Source: a virus (Duplodnaviria > Caudoviricetes). Taken from it: a stretch of 64,000 nucleotides of DNA. Shown piece after piece: positions 25,290 through 32,697 of the stretch (the first letter of the stretch is position 1; each line of letters opens with the position of its first letter). The stretch is taken from the IMG/VR virus record IMGVR_UViG_3300025401_000648. The stretch is one strand, 5' to 3'. The notes beneath the pieces are model-generated. The model was given only the letters and a program-made list of their open reading frames with translations. It searched no databases and was not told the origin of the DNA. Position numbers and translations under genes: made by a program.

Positions 25290-25498
25290 TGTTCAACTCC
25301 GAAATGTTGTTGGATTCTGCGGGCGAGGATTCCCACCAGCTGGGGAGGTTCTGCTTGGGGTGGATTGGTCTTTACCCCAGTTACCACCTGTTCCACGCAC
25401 GCCGCCACAACCAGTTCAGCTAGCCTTTGGGCACGTCCTGCCATTTCAGGTGCCGCATAGCCTGCTTGAAGCATCAACTGTCTTAATCTAGGGTTCAT
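25286..25498 (-). CDS. MNERI family paralog 5 (divergent)
   Basis: MNPRLRQLMLQAG...LAELVVAAC...QHFGVEQ. Confidence 0.75.
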   Translation of the reverse strand: MNPRLRQLMLQAGYAAPEMAGRAQRLAELVVAACVEQVVTGVKTNPPQAEPPQLVGILARRIQQHFGVEQ

Positions 25499-25537
25499 CG
25501 GGGCCTTTCTTTCTCTATATATGTGTGTAAAAACTAT

Positions 25538-25566
25538 ATTATACAGTGAGCTAGGGCCTTTGTCAA
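25538..25566 (-). promoter_or_regulatory. sigma70 promoter driving the paralog operon
   Basis: TTGACA-17 nt-TATAAT. Confidence 0.85.
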
Positions 25567-25627
25567 TCTGCTCAATGTTGTCACAACTCAGTCAACACAA
25601 TGGGGTATTAGGGCGTTATTAGTGTAT

Positions 25628-25768
25628 ATGAGCCTATTTCTACTACAGATAAGGGAATTACTTTCAAGGGGTTTGGATCCCTTGGAAATAGCACACAGGC
25701 TACACTTGGATCCTGATCTAGTAGTTCGTTGTATAGATTTGATCACATCAGCTAGGGATCTAGTCTAA
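25628..25768 (+). CDS. 46-aa HTH-like protein MSLFLLQIRELLSRGLDPLEIAHRLHLDPDLV... (not in ORF track)
   Basis: HTH-like pattern resembling 16989..17180. Confidence 0.5.
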   Translation: MSLFLLQIRELLSRGLDPLEIAHRLHLDPDLVVRCIDLITSARDLV

Positions 25769-25799
25769 AATCTGCGCTTCGCGCCGGACTTCTCAGGGC

Positions 25800-26021
25800 T
25801 TATACTTGGCCCCACTTCAATAAAAACATGGTATAGAGTCTACGGGTCATTGTGACTTGACTGGTCTTGGCTTCATACTGCCATTCCTCACGATTTTGGC
25901 CCAGTAGCCATGTCAGTATCTGATCACTCTTGGTTGAGATACAGGCGCCCCTATCGTGGTCCATGTTGGTCTTGGTGAGTTTTTGCCAAATCACTGGGGT
26001 CTTGGGCTCATGAGGAATCAT
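25800..26021 (-). CDS. Small hypothetical protein (..WL....W....FLLKW type)
   Basis: Similar pattern to 10941..11204; TAAATA 4 nt upstream. Confidence 0.6.
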   Translation of the reverse strand: MIPHEPKTPVIWQKLTKTNMDHDRGACISTKSDQILTWLLGQNREEWQYEAKTSQVTMTRRLYTMFLLKWGQV

Positions 26022-26046
26022 CGCTTATTTAACATAAGGTAAATAC

Positions 26047-26829
26047 ATGACTATGACTTTACCTGCATCAGGCTCACCCATTAGTTTTAGCCAAGTTGAC
26101 GTTGAATTGGGCTATACCTCATCCAACCCCTTGAGTTTGAGTTCGGCTCGACAGCTCAGTGGCGACATCACGGGTGCTATACACATGAGCGACCTCTATG
26201 GTAAAAGCTCATTTGCCCCAAGATATTTTACCTCCAGTACCACTTGGACCAGCACACAGACACTGGCATTGAAGGTTCTGTCTGTGAGTGGTGGCGCTGG
26301 TGGAGGCACGGGCGCAGGAGCAGGCGGGGGCGGTGCTGGTGAAGCTGTGACTTCCAGCACATTCCAAGTACAGACTGGGGACACTTTGATAATCACAGTG
26401 GGCCTGGGCGGCGGCATAGCTTCAAGAGGTCAAACCACCACAGTGGTCAACTCACGCACAGGTGAAACAGTCACTGGCGTATCGGGCTATCCAGGACAAG
26501 CATCACATAGTGGGGTGGGTGGTACGGGTGGTATCACCATCAGCCCCACAGGACAGACATTCTATGGTGGCACAGGATCTGCCGCTGGAGCAGGTGGCGG
26601 GGGTTCAGGCGCCGCTGGCGCTGGTCTCCCGGCGTTTGGCACTATACCTGGCTCAGGCACTGCCGCTCTAGCCATACACATCAATTCAACCACAACCATT
26701 TATGTGAGTGCGGGTGGATCAGGACTAGCACCTGGAGTCGGCGTGGGCTCAGCAGGCTTGGATAACACTGGATCGGGTGGCGATGGCAACAGCCCAGGCG
26801 CTTCGGGTCTAGTGGTTCTTTATACATAA
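26047..26829 (+). CDS. Gly-rich virion/tail-associated protein
   Basis: MTLPASG..ISFSQVDVELG..MSDLYGKS module followed by a Gly-rich domain. Confidence 0.7.
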   Translation: MTMTLPASGSPISFSQVDVELGYTSSNPLSLSSARQLSGDITGAIHMSDLYGKSSFAPRYFTSSTTWTSTQTLALKVLSVSGGAGGGTGAGAGGGGAGEAVTSSTFQVQTGDTLIITVGLGGGIASRGQTTTVVNSRTGETVTGVSGYPGQASHSGVGGTGGITISPTGQTFYGGTGSAAGAGGGGSGAAGAGLPAFGTIPGSGTAALAIHINSTTTIYVSAGGSGLAPGVGVGSAGLDNTGSGGDGNSPGASGLVVLYT

Positions 26830-26849
26830 TACGAGAGTAACAAAGAGAT

Positions 26850-29351
26850 ATGGCAAAATTACCTGGATATAGTAAAATACAACTAAGCTATCTTACCCCT
26901 GGTCAGTACTCCTATACAGTGCCTGCGGGAGTCACAACAATGAAGATTACCGCAGTGGGTGGTGGTGGTGGGGGTGGCGGCTATTTTCAAACGAATCCCT
27001 ACAGTGCTGGCGGTGGTGGCGGTGGTGGCGGTGTGGCTCATACCAACTGCTACCCAGTGACTCCAGGCGAAGTCTTGACTATTACAGTGGGCACAGGCGG
27101 CAATGGTGGTAGCGGTGGCGGGGGTAACAATGGCGGAGATACCTGTGTGAAAAAAAGCGGCGGCTGCAGCACAGTGGCTGGCTTTGGCGGCGGTGGCGGC
27201 AACGGCCCCACTGGCGGCGCAGGAGGCCTAAATAATATTTCGTCCAGCTATGGTGGCGGTACTTACTACCATAGTGGTTGTTTTCCTGGCGGTTACTGTG
27301 CGGGCGGCGGAGGGGGTGGAGCTGGTAACATTGGTGGCGCGGCTACACAGGGTAGTGGTGGCACTGGCGGTATTGGCGTATCAATATGTGTAGCTGGTAG
27401 TACCCTTACATTTGGCGGCGGAGGAGGTGGAGGCGGCTACACTACCGGTGGGGTTGCTGGTTGCGGTGGCGGCGGCCGAGGCGCCCAGGCCTATAGTGCT
27501 AATGGTAGTAGTGCTGTCAGTTCAGGCGGTGGTGGGGGTGGTGGCGGCCCTGGCTATATTTGTTGCGGACTTTATCCAGCAGGTATTGGTGGTGCTGGCT
27601 ACAATGGTGCTGTCTATATCTGTGCTCTAGCTACTCCAACCTGCTGTATATCATTTGCGGAAATCAGCTGTACATTCCACGTTCCAGGCTATAGCCCAGG
27701 CACCAACGGAGTTAGACGCTTTTACAGTAGCAACAACGATGCCGCTACTTTCACCTATACAGTTCCCGCAGGTGTTAATAGCTTAAATGTTGTATTAGTT
27801 GCTGGTGGGGGTGGTGGGGGCGGCACCAGCGGCAATACCAGTTTTTATCCAGGTGGTGGGGGTGGAGCTGGAAATAGTAGTCAAATTTGTTCTTATGCTG
27901 TTACCCCAGGCGAAGTGCTGACAATTCAAATAGGCGGTGGAGGCTACGGTGGCACTACTGGTAGTGGAGGTACAGGTGGAGTGACCAGTATCATCAAATC
28001 CAAAGGCGCAGGCCTTTTCTGTCAGCAGGGCGGCGTTGGCGGAAGCGCAGTGTCTGGTTGCTATGCGGGGGGAGGTGGATCCTTCAGCGCGGGTGGCGCA
28101 GGCTACCCTGGCAATGTTGGTGCTGGTGATTCTTCTGGCGGAGGTGGTGGTGGAACGTGGTGTTACCACCCAGGATGCTGTCATGCTACCCTTCACCCTG
28201 GTTGCCCTGGTACTAACAGTAACGGCGGTAATGGTGGCATAGGCAGAATCTACAGCTTGCCTGGACTTACGATCTATACTGGTGGTGGCGGCGGCGGGGG
28301 TGGTTATCTTTCGGGTGGCGCTGCCAGCAGTGGCTACGGTGCTGGCTGTGGCGGACACTACAATGGAGGAACTGGTAATGGCGCATCGGCACGTGTTGGG
28401 TCAGGTAGTGGAGGCGGCGGTGGCGCCCCTGGTGTGTGTTGCGGTTGCAGCCAAACTCGTGGGGGTAAAGGTGGTCAAGGAGGCAGCGGAGCTGTTTATC
28501 TCTATGCGGCAGGCAGTGGAGGCTCAAGTCCTGATGTGTATTTTTCCAACTACTATAGAAATGGTGCGCTAGTGCCCTGTATACCACAAAATTCCAAAAT
28601 ACCTACCAGCGGACAACTTCAAATTTGTGAGTTCTACGGGGCAGAAAATACTTTCGCCTACACATATTATCTCCCGGCCTGCAGCTATGCCTACAATCTA
28701 TGTTTACCCTGTGCGGCTTCGTCATCAGGTGCTAATATAGCCTGTACCGTTACCCCAGTTTATGCCAATATCGTAATATGTGGAGTACTTGGATCCAATA
28801 TAAACGGGCAGGCTGCACTCAAAATTGGTCCTAGTTCATCTTGGGGTATACCACCTATTGTTAAAATCACAGTGGGCAGTAAGGGTGTTATCACAGGTCG
28901 AGGTGGTAGTTATATTAATGGCGTTCAATCGCCCACTGCGGCCATATGTTTTATCTGTGGCACCAATACCATTGTGACCAATAATGGTATCATACAGGGA
29001 GGCGCTGGTGGGTCATGTCAAAGCTATGGATTTGCCGCTGGGGCAGGGTATGCCTACGGATTGGGACATTTGGGAAATAGTGGGCATGGCAATTATAACA
29101 GTACCTTGTTCAGTGGTGGAGCTTATCAAATCGTGGATACACGTGGTAAGAAGGGTGGCGGATACTACACAGGCGGATGCGGTGGTGGTTGGGTAGCTGC
29201 CGCCTGTCAAAGTAGTAATACCAATGGTTATGGTGGTAGCGGACAAGCACCTGCCGCGGCATTTTCCTCATCCAATGGTAAATCGCCCAGTAGCATTACA
29301 TTTGCGACCAAGGGAGATATTCGTGGTGTCTGTGGTCTAGGCCGTATATAA
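26850..29351 (+). CDS. Gly- and Cys-rich tail-associated protein with a duplicated YTVPAGV/GGGGGG domain
   Basis: Two YTVPAGV...GGGGGG...VTPGEVLTI repeats; internal YYRNG..VP..IPTSG..EFYG module. Confidence 0.7.
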   Translation: MAKLPGYSKIQLSYLTPGQYSYTVPAGVTTMKITAVGGGGGGGGYFQTNPYSAGGGGGGGGVAHTNCYPVTPGEVLTITVGTGGNGGSGGGGNNGGDTCVKKSGGCSTVAGFGGGGGNGPTGGAGGLNNISSSYGGGTYYHSGCFPGGYCAGGGGGGAGNIGGAATQGSGGTGGIGVSICVAGSTLTFGGGGGGGGYTTGGVAGCGGGGRGAQAYSANGSSAVSSGGGGGGGGPGYICCGLYPAGIGGAGYNGAVYICALATPTCCISFAEISCTFHVPGYSPGTNGVRRFYSSNNDAATFTYTVPAGVNSLNVVLVAGGGGGGGTSGNTSFYPGGGGGAGNSSQICSYAVTPGEVLTIQIGGGGYGGTTGSGGTGGVTSIIKSKGAGLFCQQGGVGGSAVSGCYAGGGGSFSAGGAGYPGNVGAGDSSGGGGGGTWCYHPGCCHATLHPGCPGTNSNGGNGGIGRIYSLPGLTIYTGGGGGGGGYLSGGAASSGYGAGCGGHYNGGTGNGASARVGSGSGGGGGAPGVCCGCSQTRGGKGGQGGSGAVYLYAAGSGGSSPDVYFSNYYRNGALVPCIPQNSKIPTSGQLQICEFYGAENTFAYTYYLPACSYAYNLCLPCAASSSGANIACTVTPVYANIVICGVLGSNINGQAALKIGPSSSWGIPPIVKITVGSKGVITGRGGSYINGVQSPTAAICFICGTNTIVTNNGIIQGGAGGSCQSYGFAAGAGYAYGLGHLGNSGHGNYNSTLFSGGAYQIVDTRGKKGGGYYTGGCGGGWVAAACQSSNTNGYGGSGQAPAAAFSSSNGKSPSSITFATKGDIRGVCGLGRI

Positions 29352-29376
29352 ATATACACATATAAAGGTATACAAT

Positions 29377-29718
29377 ATGAAATATCAAATCATGCGTTAC
29401 GATCCAGATAGATTGGTTGCTTTCGTGAAAGTAGCCAGCACATCGTCTAGAATTTTAAATGGCCCTGAAGTGCCAATCAGTATTGAAAATATACAAAGCA
29501 CCAGTGACTTTGAAAAAGCCATTTACATTGCCTATGCGGCCACAATCAGTCCTAGATTGAAAAGTAACTTTAGTCAAGAACTTGAAAATTTTATCACAAC
29601 GGCCACTAATCAAGTCTTGGACTTTTCCATCCCAATCGTGCCAATTGGCACAGCACAAAGTTCAGGGTCTGATGCGCCCACTGACACAGCCAGCACAGCC
29701 ACAGTACAGGTGTTATAA
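29377..29718 (+). CDS. Hypothetical protein
   Basis: TATAAATA at 29347-29354 and AAAGG RBS. Confidence 0.65.
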   Translation: MKYQIMRYDPDRLVAFVKVASTSSRILNGPEVPISIENIQSTSDFEKAIYIAYAATISPRLKSNFSQELENFITTATNQVLDFSIPIVPIGTAQSSGSDAPTDTASTATVQVL

Positions 29719-30275
29719 TGGCAACCAAACGCACATCAAGACAGGTTCTACGTAACGCACAGCTGATCATGACAGCCACCTCATTTGAAAATGGTGGCGA
29801 TTCAGTGACATCTACAATGAACATTACCACCAGCACTCTTGATAAAAGTGTGTATGTTAGACGTCATGTGATAACCAAAGGCCATTTTACAGTGAGTTTT
29901 CCAGGAACGGACACTCCTAGCGAATCAGGCGGCGCAGGTGATGGTTTGGACAAAGTGTTTCCCAAACAGGATTCATATGTGATTTCTAGCTCAACGTTTG
30001 TGGTCACTGCTAACGAACCTAACAGTGAATACTACTGTGTGTTTCCCATCTATCCAGGAGATAACATTGGACAAGTTACCACTGAGTTATCAGCTGGTGA
30101 ACAATATGTGGTCAATACTCGTTCGGTGGCCTTTGTCTACGGCGATGATTTTTCAGTAAATGGTGCCCGTGCCACTGCCAATCCCACAGTCTTGGCCTGC
30201 GAACATACCAGTGCTACAATCACAGCCAATACCCTGGCTTGTGAAATACTACAGTTTGGTGTTCCTGCGCTGTGA
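29718..30275 (+). CDS. Hypothetical beta-rich protein
   Basis: TAATG-coupled 185-aa ORF. Confidence 0.65.
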   Translation: MATKRTSRQVLRNAQLIMTATSFENGGDSVTSTMNITTSTLDKSVYVRRHVITKGHFTVSFPGTDTPSESGGAGDGLDKVFPKQDSYVISSSTFVVTANEPNSEYYCVFPIYPGDNIGQVTTELSAGEQYVVNTRSVAFVYGDDFSVNGARATANPTVLACEHTSATITANTLACEILQFGVPAL

Positions 30276-30808
30276 AAAACTTTGCTCGATTAACGGGCAA
30301 AGTTGATACTAAACCGTTACTTACTGCCTTAGAAAAAAACTCCAATCTTTGGAATATCATAGATCTTAGAAAAAGAACTCCTATCACACATGATGAAGTG
30401 GATGACATCATATTGAGATTTGATGATATTACTAGATATTCGGGAGGGATGGATTGTGTAAATTACTTACCCTATAAAAAACTCTGTCCTGAACTTGATG
30501 ATGCGGTGTTAGCAGTCAAACACATGGTTAATGGTGATCAAGTGGGAAGGCTGATAATTACTCGTATCAGTCCAGGACGAGGTGTCAAACCACACATAGA
30601 TACTGATCGAGCATCGCAGTATTATCGTCGATACCACCTCTGCCTATATGGTGTAGAAGGCAACACCTTCACCGCAGGCGATGAAACTGTGACCATGCGA
30701 ACTGGGGAAGTTTGGTGGTTTGATAACACTGTCACTCACCACTGTTTGAATACAGGCAGTGAGGATAGAATACATCTAATACTTGATGTCAGCGTTTTGC
30801 CAGATTAG
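30272..30808 (+). CDS. Aspartyl/asparaginyl beta-hydroxylase-like 2OG-Fe(II) oxygenase
   Basis: PHID, RYHLCL, WWFDNTVTHHCLNTGSEDRIHLILD. Confidence 0.85.
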   Translation: MKNFARLTGKVDTKPLLTALEKNSNLWNIIDLRKRTPITHDEVDDIILRFDDITRYSGGMDCVNYLPYKKLCPELDDAVLAVKHMVNGDQVGRLIITRISPGRGVKPHIDTDRASQYYRRYHLCLYGVEGNTFTAGDETVTMRTGEVWWFDNTVTHHCLNTGSEDRIHLILDVSVLPD

Positions 30809-31637
30809 CCATCAACTGCTGTGCGGCATTGCGTTTGATCTGTGGCTGGTTGGGTGCTTCTGTGATACTGCGCACTTCTTGACCATTAGGTGCTTCTGTG
30901 GGCAAGTAACTCCAATCTTGTAGCAGTACTGGATTACCATCCACTTTACGATCCCATTTGCGTTTGAAGTACTTGTCTGCTGTCTGTGCTAGATTCAATT
31001 GATCCACCATGTTGGCAAACACACTGTCAATGAGAATCAAGATCTCTGCGCCATTTAGAATTTTAATCCAATCAAAGATATTGTCAGTGACTTCGGTGAT
31101 TTCAATTTGCTGTAGCTCAGGATCAATCTCGCTCAAATCAAAATCGTAGCTGACATCGCTGGCACGCTGTTGATAGACCATGTAGCGTGGTTGTTTGACC
31201 AATTGATCATACAGGGCCTGCTCACGATCATGATTGCGGGTAATACATTGATCCAGTTCCCATTTCTTCTTGAATGGTACTCCGGCGTTGGCGTACTTGT
31301 ACTGATCAAACTTCATCATGGCAAACAAGTCTGGATCAGTCTTCTCTGGTACAGAACTCAAATATTGATATAGATACAAAATGTTATCCCAATCAGTAAT
31401 GCCTTGTTCTGCCAACAGTTTTAGTGGCGTGTCCAAAAAGAAATAGCCTGTGGTGTCTACAGGCACTGGTAGCCAGTTGACCCATGGGGCAGTATCTCGA
31501 AATGATGGAATGAATGGTTCACAAATGGGCCAATATATTTCATAACCCTGTTTGTGATGTTCCCAAGCAATAGGCAGGGCGATGACAATGTCACCATAGC
31601 CCCTGCTCTGTATGATTCCTAGTTTTTGTTTATCCAT
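30789..31637 (-). CDS. Glycosyltransferase-like protein (GT9-like)
   Basis: RGYGDIVIALP; ILIDSVFANMVD. Confidence 0.55.
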   Translation of the reverse strand: MDKQKLGIIQSRGYGDIVIALPIAWEHHKQGYEIYWPICEPFIPSFRDTAPWVNWLPVPVDTTGYFFLDTPLKLLAEQGITDWDNILYLYQYLSSVPEKTDPDLFAMMKFDQYKYANAGVPFKKKWELDQCITRNHDREQALYDQLVKQPRYMVYQQRASDVSYDFDLSEIDPELQQIEITEVTDNIFDWIKILNGAEILILIDSVFANMVDQLNLAQTADKYFKRKWDRKVDGNPVLLQDWSYLPTEAPNGQEVRSITEAPNQPQIKRNAAQQLMANLAKR

Positions 31638-31779
31638 TTATCTGAGTATAGTTAAGTACGTTGCCACGACCATACTGTGCTTCGCCAATCATTTTGGCCT
31701 GCATGGCATTGTCAGCTTGTAGACGAACGTGTGCTGTTTGGAGATTATTCAATCTTACCCAAAGTTCAAAAGTGTACAT
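31630..31779 (-). CDS. 49-aa protein MYTFELWVRLNNLQTAHVRLQADNAMQAKMIGEAQYG... (not in ORF track)
   Basis: Own promoter 31811-31839, AGGA RBS, overlaps next start. Confidence 0.7.
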   Translation of the reverse strand: MYTFELWVRLNNLQTAHVRLQADNAMQAKMIGEAQYGRGNVLNYTQING

Positions 31780-31810
31780 AGTGTGTCCTATCTGTGTGTT
31801 GTAAAATTAT

Positions 31811-31839
31811 ATTATACTGCCAAAATCAAAATTTGTCAA
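31811..31839 (-). promoter_or_regulatory. sigma70 promoter
   Basis: TTGACA-17 nt-TATAAT. Confidence 0.8.
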
Positions 31840-32613
31840 TTAAAAATAATTTCCATTTTCGTGATTGGCAAAGAAACTTTCGTTGCGTTCCATGGGCAGA
31901 TCTCTACGAGTTTCGTAAGCATAGGGTACCCTTAGTCCTTGCGCTATACTGAGTGCCACACTTTGATTTCCCACAAACTGATCACAGCCAGCAATGACTT
32001 CAGCCAACTCCAACATGTTCTTGGTTGGATAGTAGTCCAAGTTCCAACCTGTGAGTTTTTTGAATTCTTCGTACTCTTGGGGCAGTCCCACAAACACAGA
32101 TTCTTGATCCACACCCTCGTCTCGCCATAGTGTCCACTGTGGGTTACAGCCCGGCGGAGTAAATCCTCGGGGTGTGCGATTAACCACCACAGGCTTGCCA
32201 GGAATTGGTTTGGGATTTGGCACACTTAGCCAAGGACCATAACCAACGTCCAAGTGCATGTCAGGATCTGTGATACCAAATGCCAAACAGTATGTGGTCA
32301 CATAGTTAGCTGGGTGCCCTACGAACAAAGGACGGAATCTATCCAAATTGTGCGTAACAGCGTCAGTCTTTGGATCAAGGGGACGAAAATCTGTAATATA
32401 GGGTTGAGCCAACATAAACTCTCGCATGAACTCAAAATCCTTTTCAGTCATGCGTCCTTGATGGAAAGGATCTGGAGCATTGCCGTAATAGTGTTGGGCA
32501 ATCCAATCAACTTGTCCTAGGTGGAGATAAAACTCACCTCCACCAAAATATTTTGTTAAGGCCAGGCCATATACAATATCGCCCAAGGTTCCGCTGTGTT
32601 TAAATGTTTTCAT
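31840..32613 (-). CDS. Glycosyltransferase-like protein (GT9/ADP-heptose transferase-like)
   Basis: HSGTLGDIVYGL; LAEVIAGCDQFVGNQSVALSIA. Confidence 0.65.
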   Translation of the reverse strand: MKTFKHSGTLGDIVYGLALTKYFGGGEFYLHLGQVDWIAQHYYGNAPDPFHQGRMTEKDFEFMREFMLAQPYITDFRPLDPKTDAVTHNLDRFRPLFVGHPANYVTTYCLAFGITDPDMHLDVGYGPWLSVPNPKPIPGKPVVVNRTPRGFTPPGCNPQWTLWRDEGVDQESVFVGLPQEYEEFKKLTGWNLDYYPTKNMLELAEVIAGCDQFVGNQSVALSIAQGLRVPYAYETRRDLPMERNESFFANHENGNYF

Positions 32614-32697
32614 AGTGATTAAATTATATAGGTATTTAATAAAAGGATCAACAGCCTAAAAAAAATGTGGCTAAATATAGGATCAAGGGCCAACTGA

